Made by a program: the position numbers and the translations under genes
The notes under the pieces: generated by a model
Databases searched by the model: none
Told to the model about the DNA's origin: nothing
What the model saw: the letters and a program-made list of their open reading frames with translations, nothing else
Assembly: GCF_006345805.1 (NCBI RefSeq)
Contig: NC_043001.1
Coordinates: forward strand, 76,756,001-76,820,000
DNA from: Octopus sinensis
Taxonomy: Eukaryota
Length of the DNA stretch: 64,000 nucleotides
Direction of reading: 5' to 3'
Shown here: piece after piece, positions 11,512 to 23,425 of the stretch
Layout: the number at the start of each line of letters is the position of its first letter
Position numbering within the stretch: the stretch's first letter is position 1

Positions 11512-12769
11512 GGTGCTAGTGTGAACAACTAAACGGGCTAGAATTAATTGCTGAAGGCCGTAAGTGGGTTGTTTGGTAGAGTGCATTGTCATTTACGGTA
11601 GGTCACAAATAGCAAGACAGATATTATACTAAAGTAGCACCAACCCAAGTCTATAATAAAAGACAGATCTTTTCGCTTTGACCGGCAGATATTTAAAATA
11701 ATTTTTTTTGTAACTAAACACTTTTAAACTTCGTATACTGGTAGAATGTGTTTATAAAACATTTTTCTCTTAGCTTTCTTGAGAATATTCTGTAGTTTGT
11801 AGCATATTTGTTGTTTAATTTCTTGCATTTCGGTAATTTCAACCAATCAATGACGTCTATTGAGGTGAAAACAATATCTGCCGAAGTCTGTCAACAATAA
11901 TGTTTTGCGGTGTCATATGAAAATGTTCCTGCTATTTATGACATATTTCATATCAGTTACGTTCGTAAGAATAAAAGTGAAAAGATCCTGAAAGACATGC
12001 CCAATGCACTACACAGCAGGACCGAACCCAAGACCACGCGGTTGGGAAGTAAGCTTCTTACCCACACAATCAACAAATATAACGATATCACCGTAATAAT
12101 ACTATCACGTTGAATGTGGACCATTAAAATAATCATAACAACAGCAATACATGTATAGCTATGAATAATTAATTAGCTGTACGAAAGTCACAATACACTT
12201 AACATATGTCGTCTCACTGGCAAACTATTCGCCGTTGGTAACCCACGCTCCATTGCAACGATAGTTATTAATATTTATTACAGAATGTCCATAATACTAT
12301 TCCACTATGGTCGAAGTAGTGCTGTCTGAACTATGGAACGAAATCTAAGGTATAATTTATTGTTATATAGCTAACATTCATAATATTCGTGAGAGAAATG
12401 ACTGATGAAGTATGGAAGCAAATCGAAGACACAATCGATAAAGGCACCAAGTTATCAAAATAGTCGTACAATAGATGAATCGTATCATAAACTAGAGTGT
12501 TACCCGCCAAAAGTATACTTTTGCTACCATAGATAAACATGAGAAACTAATCACTATGAATAATCCTTTCTATTAAAGGCAAAAGGCCTGGAATTTCTCA
12601 GGTACTTAATTTATCGACCCCGAAATGATGAAAGGCAAAGTCAACTCAGGACGTAGCGACGGGCCAAATAGCGCTAAGCATTTCGTCCAGCGGGATGACG
12701 ATTCTTTCAGCTCGCAGCCTTACAGTCTCTATAAATAATAAATAGCATATATACACACACGCGCGCGTG

Positions 12770-12948
12770 CGTATGTGTATGCGTGGAACTTTGGGCAAAT
12801 GTCTTCTATGATAGCCTCGGGCCGACCAAGACCTTGTGAGTGAATTTGGTAGTCGGAAACTGGAAGAAACTCGCCGTTTAAGTATGTGTGTGCGTGCATT
12901 TGTGTGTGCGTGCGTTTGTGTGTGTGTGCGTGCGTTTGTGTGTGTGTG

Positions 12949-12982
<34 letters not shown>

Positions 12983-13222
12983 GCGCGCGCGTTTGTGTGT
13001 GTTTGTGTGTGTGTGTTTCTGTCTGTGTTTCCCCACCACCGCCGCTTGACAACAAGTGTTGATGTGTTTACGTCCCCGTAACTTAGCGGTTCGGCATTAG
13101 AGAATAAGTGGCAGGCTTTTAAAAATAATAAGTACTGGGTTCGATTCATTCGACTGAAAATTATTCATGGCATTGCCCCAGCATGGCCGCAGTCTAATGA
13201 CTGAAACAAATGAAAGATAAAA
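12770..13222 (+). mobile_element. SINE family B with expanded internal (TG)n
   Basis: CTTTGGGCAAATGTCTTCTATGATAGCCTCGGGCCGACC...CCCCAGCATGGCCGCAGTCTAATGACTGAAAC. Confidence 0.8.
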
Positions 13223-13893
13223 GATGCAAACATACATACAAGCACCCATACACACTGCTTCTTTAACTTCCGCTGCCAACTGATCGTCAAGTTTATCCTT
13301 CAGCTGAAGGTCCAGTTATGTCTATGAGTGTGTATGTGATATTGTGTGAATGTGCGAGTGTGTGAGAGTATGCGAGTGCGTGCGTGTACATGTGAGTCTG
13401 TGTGTGTGTTTTTCTGTGTGAAAGTATGTGTTACGTATTTGGCGTCCATCGAGTACGTGACTTCTATCATCCTTGTTATTGTCAATTTCGACGCTCCTCA
13501 CTCGACTTCTTTTATTTAATCTTTCACGTATTTTTCTTTTGTGAAACCCTCCCACTTCTCTCTAAACACTGTAAAGCGTGACTTGGGCAGGTAATCAACC
13601 TACCAACATTTAGATGGATTGTCACTATGTAAAGATAGTTTATGACCGTTACTTCGATAAATTTTTAAGCATGTTTATTTCTTGACGTAAGCTTAACTTA
13701 CAACGAAAAACAGTTGATACGTGTATAAAAAAAAGGATATGGTTTTCAAATATGCTCTTTCCTAGAATTGTAACATTCAGTACCATATATGTGAAATTTG
13801 GTGCTAACTGATAAGCACGTAGACAAGGCAATAGTGGTTGTCAAGCGGTGAGAGGCAAGCACAGACACATACATACATACATACATACATACA

Positions 13894-13979
<86 letters not shown>

Positions 13980-14088
13980 TAAATAATATATATGCATATA
14001 TACATATGTACATGAAAATGTGACCGCGTGTGTACCGTTGGCGATTTTTTTCCTCCGTCTTCCCTTCTCTGGATCTTTCCTTTTCCTC

Positions 14089-14158
14089 TGTTTCTGACGA
14101 AGAGCTCCGCTCGAAACGTAAAACCCTCCTTCTTCCCTTCCTTCCTGAGCGTCAAATA
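14089..14158 (+). ncRNA. Putative type I hammerhead ribozyme (minimal, PLE-like)
   Basis: Stem I UGUUU/AAAUA; CUGACGA at 14094-14100; A; stem II GAGC-UCC-GCUC; GAAA at 14113-14116; stem III ACGU/GCGU; GUC site ending at 14153. Confidence 0.6.
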
Positions 14159-14239
14159 ATACTATATTTGTTCCACGTCCTCGCGTTGTTGTGTTTTCTC
14201 TTTGTGTTTTTATGTGTGGATTAACTTTACATACTTACC

Positions 14240-14580
14240 TATATACACAGGACGTCACAGAACGTAAACAAAAAAATAATATTAAAATATGGAATACGAA
14301 ATACGAATACCTGGAATATGAACTTTTTTGCTAACAACGAAGGAAACAAATGGAAAATAGGACACGCAACATAGAGAACGACCCTTCGTCAGTTGTTGGA
14401 TGTCTTTCTATTCCGTATTTCGAGCATTTCACAAGATACGCCTTCGATAAAACAGTTGCTCCCACAAGGCAAATTAAATAAAATTTGGGATTTTGCGGAT
14501 GGTCTAAATTGGTAACAAAAACAGGACAGTGAAAACAAACAGGACGGGCTGCTAAGCCTAAACGAAGTGGAGTAGCGAAC
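14240..14580 (-). mobile_element. Penelope-like/pLTR-type non-coding repeat, partly duplicated at about 15035-15190
   Basis: Homologous to 9155-9365. The segment CACAGGACGTCACAGAACGTAAAC...GAACGACCCTTC recurs about 800 bp downstream. Confidence 0.55.
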
Positions 14581-15307
14581 ACGAAGAAGCAAGCTTGGAC
14601 AGGAGACAGACAAGAATACGTCTGATACGTCCAGCTGTATCAGAAGGACAGGAACACAAGTTAGGAAAACAAAGAAAGATAGCCGATGGTCATGTGGGAA
14701 CCACGAGAGAGCAAAGGAGGAAGAGTGAGAGAGAGAGTTAAAGACAGAGAACGGTGAAGGGGGAGAGAGCATTAGAGAAAGGATAAGAGAGAAAAAAAAC
14801 GAGAGGGGGGTAAGGAGAAATAAAAAAATTAGAGAAGAAGAGAGAAAACGAAAGAGTGATAGAATGCTAGAAAAGAATAGAATAGTAAGTATTGCATCAG
14901 AATTATTAAAATAAAACTTACTTGGAAATGGACGCGTGGCATTCAATCATATAATAATATAAATAATATATATATGCATATATACATACGTGTATGTACA
15001 TACTTACATTTATACATATATACATATGCATATGTGAGCACAGGACGTCACAGAACGTAAACAACAAAAAAAAAAAGAAAATATGGAATACAAATTACGA
15101 ATACATGGAATATGAGCTTTTTGCGAACAAGAAGGAAACAAACGGAAAACAAGACACGCAACATAAAGAACGACCCTTCATCAGATATATATATATATAT
15201 ACACAAACACACACGCACATATCAATGAACATATATACATACACAAACACACACACTAATACACACACGCATACATATATACACATATATAAATAACCTA
15301 CATATGT

Positions 15308-15407
15308 NNNNNNNNNNNNNNNNNNNNNNNNNNNNNNNNNNNNNNNNNNNNNNNNNNNNNNNNNNNNNNNNNNNNNNNNNNNNNNNNNNNNNNNNNNNNN
15401 NNNNNNN
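15308..15407. other. Assembly gap (100 N)
   Basis: Run of 100 Ns between microsatellites. Confidence 0.99.
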
Positions 15408-16413
15408 GTGTGTGTGTGAGTATGTATTTATAATTGTCCAGTATTTTCTGCTTTTGTCACAGAAAGAAAACTAAAATAAAGATGGGTTTTATTGTTAATA
15501 AATAATAAATTACAAGCAAAATAACTTATTCCTTTTAGTTTTTTTCTGATGAAACGATAGTCGTAACATATTGACTGATTTTTTTAAAGATGTTGAATAA
15601 AACCATTCTGTTCTCTTTTCAACATTGGTTTCTTTTTTGTAGTTGTTTTATCATCGATCTTACAACTAAGGTATATATTTATGCGTGTGTATATAGATAT
15701 AAGCTTAATGGTCTGTATTTATATAGTTTATGCATGTATTTATAGTTTATATTACATGTATAAAGCTAGATTGATTTTTTTCTATATAGGTTATATATAT
15801 ATATATATATATATTTGTGCATATGTGTATGTATATATATATTTATATATATATATATTATATAGATAGATCAATAAATAAACTGATAAATATGGATGTT
15901 GATACAAATATAAGTACATATGTGTGTATGTGGTGTACATATGTAGATATGCATACATATAAATATGTCTATGCACACACATACACGCTACTTTATATAT
16001 TTATAAATTTAATGGACTAGTTTTCTAGTTACAAAGACAGTGATCGGATGACCCTGTGTTTTTTATATATATTGCAAGCGAGGTAAACAGCTGCCATGCC
16101 TAGCAATGAGTACCCACCACTGAGGAGAGTCAATACAGATCGAAACCACATCATCTGCTGGTCTTGAAGCTAGGGTGGCAGAAGTTACCTTCCGTTTGCA
16201 ATAAATATCAGGTGTAAGAATCACACTGAATAAACTAGCTGGAGATTGCTTCCTAAGGTTAATTGGCAGTATCGTCTTAGAGGACAGCCACATTGAAGTA
16301 GCCATAAGTAATACTGAAAAGAATACAATTTTTCAAAAAACAAAAAGGATTCCTTAAAATTAAAACAAATTTCTCATTTGTGCAACTTCTCTCACAACTA
16401 CTCTATCATTTAC

Positions 16414-16745
16414 CCCTTCTTTACTTTGTGAAGGCACATGGCTCAGTGGTTAGAGCATCGAGCTTACGATTGTGACATTGTGAGCTCGAATCCCGGACTG
16501 GGCTGCATGTTGTGTTCTTGAGCAAGACAATTTATTTCATGTTGCTCCAGTTTACTCAGCTGTAGAAATGAGTTGCAACGTCACAGGTGTCAAGCTGTAT
16601 CGGCCTTTGCCTTTCCCTTGGATAACATTAGTGGCGTGGAAAGGAGAGGCTGGTCTTCCATAAACAACCTTGCCCGGACTTGTGCCTGGTAGGGTAACTT
16701 TTTAGGTGCAATCCCATGGTTTGTGTCATGACCAAAGGGGGTCTC
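16414..16745 (+). mobile_element. tRNA-derived SINE (family C-related)
   Basis: GGCACATGGCTCAGTGGTTAGAGC A box, GAGCTCGAATCCC B box, and TGTGTTCTTGAGCAAGACAATTTATTTCATGTTGCTCCAG core. Confidence 0.75.
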
Positions 16746-17902
16746 ACTTTGTGTATAAAATCCCTCTACTCATTGCCTGCCTCCAGTTCAAGCATGTACA
16801 CTCATCTTGCACCACTTATGTCGACCCTCTCTGTATCTCTTGTTTACTCTTTCTATATATAATATAAAGCTTGACTGGAGACCTCAACTAACCAACTAAA
16901 TAACATATCAACTATTATTATATAACTGTATCGATCAGATTATATCACATTTCTATACATCACTGGTCACAATGTGCTTCCTTGTATTGATGCAGCTTTC
17001 AAATGATACCACCTTGCTGGTTAGATGTGCAGGCCAACATTGCTCCAGAATGAGATGCCAGTCCATCACTGGGTTACCCATTTACAGCTGAATGGACTGG
17101 GACAATGTGAAATGAAGTGTATAAAAGTATAGAGTAACCCATAAGGTTAATGTAAAATTGTTCTTATTGTAACTGAACTGGCAGAATTGTAGCATGCCAG
17201 GCAGAATACTTCACAGTATTATGTCTGTCGCTAGGTTCTGAGTTCAAATTCTGCCGAGGTCAACTTTGCCTTTCTTCTTTTCGGGGTCGATAAATTAAAT
17301 ACCAGGGAAACACTTGGATTGATGTAACTGACTAATTCCCTCCCACAAAATTTCAGGCCTTTTGCCTATATTAGATAGAAAAGATTATAACCAAACATGT
17401 AAACAAACTTTAATATAGTTTTGTATGTGTGTGTGTCTGTGTGTATAAAATAGGTATTTTTTTTTATTCTTTTACTTGTTTCAATCGGTTGGCTGCGGCC
17501 ATGCTGGAGCACCACCTTTAGTCGAACAAATCGACCCCAGGACTTATTCTTTGAAGCCTAGTTCTTATTCTATTGGTCTCTTTTGCTGAACTGCTAAGTA
17601 GAAGACACTTGCCCAAGGTGCCATACTGTAGGATTGAACCTGGAACCATGTGGTTGGGAAGCAAGCTTCTTAACACACAGCCATGCCTGCATCTATATAT
17701 ACTCTTTTACTCTTTTCAGCCATACTGGAGCACCGCCTTTAGTCGAGCAAACTGACCCCAGGATTTATTCTTTGTATGTCTAGTGCTTATTCTTTCGGTC
17801 TCTTTTGCCGAACCACTAAGTTACGGGGACGTAAACACACCAGCATCAGTTGTCAAGCGATGTTGGAAGGACAAACACAGACACACAAACATATACACAC
17901 CC

Positions 17903-17955
<53 letters not shown>

Positions 17956-19489
17956 TACGACGGGCTTCTTTCAGTTTCCGTCTACCAAATCCACTCACAA
18001 AGATTTGGTCAGCCCGAGGTTATAGTAGAAGACACTTGCCTTAGGTGGTATGCAGTGGGACTGAACCTGGAACCATATGGTTAGTAAACAAGCTACTTAC
18101 CACACAGCCACTCCTACCCCTATGTATAACTTAATATCATATAAAAATTGGTTGCTGTCTTATCTGCTTGCTTTTCGTGCATCACGTGCAGAAGTTGACA
18201 GAAACCTAGGGGACAATCACATCACAATATTACTTTGCTAGAAGTTGACGTCATTTAAGACCAAAGTATAGAACATTCATTTATACAAGCGATTACCATC
18301 CACAGACAACATTGCCAATAAATCTACAATATTATGATAAAAATATTCTGTTTCTTATCATTATTTTCATAATTTTTTTTTCTTTTCCTTTTCTTTTTTA
18401 CATTTATCGTATTTTGACGATATCAGAATTTCATTAATAAATTTCCAATTTTGGTCAATACATAATTTCTTCACAGACAACCAAACCAACAAATATCAGA
18501 TTCAGTCTTTTACAGCAGAATTTCAATTTGTCATTCATTTTCAGTCGATTTTAGATAAAGAAAAAAAATCTCTTTTCCCGATAATTTCGTTAATGTTTGG
18601 TTTCTTTTATATAATAACACCCAAACATTTTTTATCAGCTCAACCGGCCAGGTACTGTTCCATCGTAGTGTGTGCATGTGTGTGTTTCAAAGAAGATATT
18701 TTGCTGTTTTGTCCAGCACGTCAAATAACATTCTTTGATTGGTTTTCACAGCTTCTGAAGATAAGAAACATTCACATTTACTGTTTATCTTCTAGCTATC
18801 AATCTGTCTGTTTCTGCCTATCTGTCTGTCTTCCTCTTTGGCTTGACTGGAACTGGCAAGACCAGGGCCACACCAGGCTTCATGGTCTATTCTAGCTTGG
18901 TTTTTACGGCTGGATGCCTTTCCTAACACCAACCACTTCACAAAGGGTACTGGGTGCATTTTATGTGCCACCAGTGCTTTTTACCTGAAAGAAAGCCAGT
19001 TGTAGATATGTGTGTGTGTGTATGTGTTTTAGTCCCCTCACCATAGCTTAACAACTGCTGTTGATGTGCTTACGTCCCCGTAACTTAGTGGTTCAGCAAA
19101 AGAGACCGATAGAATAAGTGCTAGGCTTTCAAAGATTAAGTCCTGGGGTTGATTTGTTCGACTAAAGGTGGTGCCCCAGCATGGCCACAGCCAAATGATT
19201 GAAACATGTAAAAGAATAAAAGAAAAAATATCTATTTGATACATATATACATACAATGATTTTTAGATGGCACCTTGGTATTAGGATCTCAATTCTGTTG
19301 TGGTGGGTGGGCCTTATAATTATATAATTACGTTTCTATTTCAACTTCCATCCTTCTATACACACCCACCCATATGTAGGTGGCTGAGTATTCCTAAAAC
19401 ACTTGTGCCACTCTTATGCCCTTAATGCAATGCTCAGGCAGAATTAGCACAACAGTGTGTGGTAAGCAAGCTCAGCAATTTGAAATAAA

Positions 19490-19685
19490 TGCCATGTAAA
19501 AGAGCTCATGCCAGTCAGTGCCATGTTAAAAGCACCCAGTACACTCTGTACAGTGGTTGGCATTGGAAAGGGCAACCAGCCATTAGAAACCAAGCCAGAT
19601 CAGCCTCAAACCTTTCTGGCTTGTCAGGTAAAACCATCCAACCCATGCCAGTATGGAAAACAGAAGTTAAAAGATGATGATGATA
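19490..19685 (+). mobile_element. RTE-type LINE 3' tail fragment
   Basis: GTGGTTGGCATTGGAAAGGGCAACCAGCC...CCATCCAACCCATGCCAGTATGGAAAAC with a (GAT)n tail. Homologous to 27260-27530. Confidence 0.6.
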
Positions 19686-19877
19686 ATAATGATGTAGAGA
19701 CTGACCAAGGGGTTTTTACTCTTTCTGTCAACCGAGCTTCATTCACAAAACACTACTCTGAAGATTAGAACCCACTTCCTCAGCATTGCAAAGTGACTTC
19801 TTCAGCCAGTCCACAAACAGTGTGTGTATCTGTGCATAAGAAGAGAACCAATTACTGACCAATTTCTTCCTCATTAA

Positions 19878-20097
19878 CCCTTTAGCAATTGAACCAGCTC
19901 TATCTGGTCAAAATATTCTGTTTGTTTTATGTTCCAACTGGCACACTACAGCCTCTCACACCTACCCTACAATGTCAAGCTAAAAGTAACCAGCCCCACG
20001 ACAGAAACCTCAAAGCTACGAGATAATGCATGGTTAATTCAAAACAATGTGAATAAATAAGCATTACATTTAACAAAGTAATCTAAATGTTAATGGA
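19878..20097. mobile_element. piggyBac-like MITE
   Basis: TTAA|CCCTTTAGCA at the left and a degenerate TGTTAATGGA|TTAA at the right. Confidence 0.55.
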
Positions 20098-22714
20098 TTA
20101 AATATAGCTTCCATTACCCTTCTTCATTTTTAAATCATTTTTTTCCCCTCCACTCATTTGACTACTCCCCTCTCGTTTCTCTAAAACACTTTTACTTTTT
20201 CTGCCACACCTACATTTACTTACACACACACACACACACACACACAGCATATCTCCAGTTTCTTTCATTACCATTTGATAATCCGAAACATGAAGCTTTT
20301 AGGTTATTGTAATTACCAATTCTTTTCTTAGCTTCTATTAAATCATTAAATTGTGTGTGTATTGAGATGTCTGAGTATGTGTGTATATATATATATATAT
20401 ACACATTTATATGTATTAGCTTACATGCACATATATGCACACCCATAGATATATACACACACTCATTAACACACAAAACTATACAATGGTGAACCAAAAA
20501 TAAAGATTGTGTTACATTCTCATATATACTAATATATACATACATAAATGTATATATATATATATATATGTATGCATATATATGTATGCATATATATATG
20601 TATGCATATATATGTATATGTATGTATAAATTTATATATGTATGTATATATACATGTATGTATGTATGTATATGTATGTATATATACATGTATGTATATG
20701 TAAGTATATATATGTATGTAAGTATGTATATACTATATGTATGTATATATATTTATTTATATATGTATGTATATATATCTATCTATGTAATTATATATAT
20801 TTTGTATATATATATATATATATATATTTGTGTATATATATATATATATATTGTGTGTGTGTATATATATATATGTATATATATGTATTTATATATGTAT
20901 ATATATATATTATATAAAAGGGCTTAGTAAAATAAATTACTTTGCCGCATACTGAACTCATTAGAAATAGCAGCAAAAAACATTTTTAAGGCTATTTCTA
21001 ATACTTAAAGAAAATCTCTCTCATATATAGTGTTTGCATAATTAAACTCACAAAAGTTTGGGGGTAATGACATCGAAAAATCAAATGCTAAGGTTATTCG
21101 AGAACGTTACGTTTCAAGATTAGTCAAAACAAAATTTCTATCATCGGCTCGGAAATTCCTTGGTTTGGATTTGGAAACACTGAAAATAAGAACATACCCT
21201 CTCGAAGATCTGCTCCCAACTAACAGTGCCAAACAATTCAAAATAAGCAAGCAAGCGAAGAATCTCTGTTCCCCCTTTCCACCAGCGTGGGTTAAAATCA
21301 TCAAACTCTATGCTTATTTCGGTAAAGTCCGAAGCATTAATCAGAGGAGATTAATTATAATTTCAACAATTGAGGGCAAAATTAATAATTATTAATCAAT
21401 TTCACCAAGTGTTCAGTATGCAAAGGGACCATTCAAGGCGAATTCAAATTATTACATTATATAAAAGGGCTTAGTAAAATAAATTACTTTGCCGCATACT
21501 GAACTCATTAGAAATAGCAGCTAAAAAACATTTTTAAGGCTATTTCTATACTTAAGAAAATCTCTCTCATATATAGTGTTTGCATAATTTAACTCACAAA
21601 AGTTTGGGGGTAATGACATCGAAAAATCAAATGCTAAGGTTATTCGAGAGAACGTACGTTTCAAGATTAGTCAAAACAACATTTCTATCATCGGCTCGGA
21701 AATTCCTGGTTTGGATTTGGAAACACTGAAAATAAGAACATACCCTCTCGAAGATCTGCCAACTAACAGTGCCAACAAATTCAAAATAAGCAAGCGAAGA
21801 ATCTCTGTTCTCCCCTTTCCACCAGCGTGGGTTAAAATCATCAAACTCTATGCTTATTTCGGTAAAGTCCGAAGCATTAATCAGAGGGAGATTAATTATA
21901 ATTTCAACAATTGAGGGCAAAATAATTAATTATTAATCAATTTCACCAAGTGTTCAGTATGCAAAGGGACCATTCAAGGCGAATTCAATTATTACATTAT
22001 ATAAAAGGGCTTAGTAAAATAAATTACTTTGCCGCATACTGAACTCATTAGAAATAGCAGCTAAAAAACATTTTTAGGCTATTTCTAATACTTAAAGAAA
22101 ATCTCTCTCATATATAGTGTTTGCATAATTTAACACAAAAGTTTGGGGGTAATGACATCGAAAAATCAAAGTGCTAGGTTATTCGAGAACGTACGTTTCA
22201 AGATTAGTCAAAACAACATTTCTATCATCGGCTCGGAAATTCCTTGGTTTGGATTTGGAAACACTGAAAATAAGAACATACCCTCTCGAAGATGCTCCCA
22301 ACTAACAGTGCCAACAAATTCAAAATAAGCAAGCGAAGAATCTCTGTTCTCCCCTTTCCACCAGCGTGGGTTAAAATCATCAAACTCTATGCTTATTTCG
22401 GTAAAGTCCGAAGCATTAATCAGAGGGAGATTAATTATATAATTTCAACATTGAGGGCAAAATTAATTAATTATTAATCAATTTCACCAAGTGTTCAGTA
22501 TGCAAGGGACCATTCAAGGCGAATTCAATTATTACATTATATAAAAGGGCTTAGTAAAATAAATTACTTTGCCGCATATGAACTCATTAGAAATAGCAGC
22601 AAAAAACATTTTTAAGGCTATTTCTATACTTAAAGAAAATCTCTCTCATATATAGTGTTTGCATAATTTAACTCACAAAAGTTTGGGGGTAATGACATCG
22701 AAAAATCAAATGCT

Positions 22715-22785
22715 AAGGTTATTCGAGAACGTACGTTTCAAGATTAGTCAAAACAAAATTTCTATCATCGGCTCGGAAATTCCTT
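22715..22785 (-). ncRNA. Putative variant type I hammerhead in array unit (also about 21090, 21636 and 22176 on the minus strand)
   Basis: Reverse complement of the motif at 23355-23425. Confidence 0.5.
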
Positions 22786-23354
22786 GGTTTGGATTTGGAA
22801 ACACTGAAAATAAGAACATACCCTCTCGAAGATCTGCTCCAACTAACAGTGCCAACAAATTCAAAATAAGCAAGCGAAGAATCTCTGTTCTCCCCTTTCC
22901 ACCAGCGTGGGTTAAAATCATCAAACTCTATGCTTATTTCGGTAAAGTCCGAAGCATTAATCAGAGGGAGATTAATTATAATTTCAACAATTGAGGGCAA
23001 AATTAATTAATTATTAATCAATTTCACCAAGTGTTCAGTATGCAAAGGGACCATTCAAGGCGAATTCAAATTATTACATTATATAAAAGGGCTTAGTAAA
23101 ATAAATTACTTTGCCGCATACTGAACTCATTAGAAATAGCAGCTAAAAAACATTTTTAAGGCTATTTCTAATACTTAAAGAAAATCTCTCTCATATATAG
23201 TGTTTGCATAATTTAACTCACAAAAGTTTGGGGGAGAAAAGTGGAAAGGGGAGAACAGAGATCTTCGCTTGCTTATTTGAATTTGTTGGCATGTTAGTTG
23301 GGAGCAGATCTCGAGAGGGTATGTTCTTATTTTCAGTGTTTCCAAATCCAAACC

Positions 23355-23425
23355 AAGGAATTTCCGAGCCGATGATAGAAATGTTGTTTTGACTAATCTT
23401 GAAACGTACGTTCTCGAATAACCTT
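23355..23425 (+). ncRNA. Putative variant type I hammerhead in array unit (also about 23896-23966 and 24438-24508)
   Basis: CGAG-CCGAUGA-U-AGA...UCU-U-GAAA-CGUACG-UU|CUCG. Stem I is CGAG/CUCG extended by AUU/AAU and AAGG/CCUU, and stem III is the palindrome AACGUACGUU. Departures from consensus: U4C, a U-U pair closing stem II, and a GUU site. Confidence 0.5.

Noticed and set aside
16110-16180. Hammerhead-like CUGAGGA...GAAACCA...UGGUC
   Set aside because: Core and stems II/III are plausible, but stem I has only 1 bp next to the core. Single copy, and compatible with chance among the many CUGANGA hits expected in 128 kb of strand sequence.
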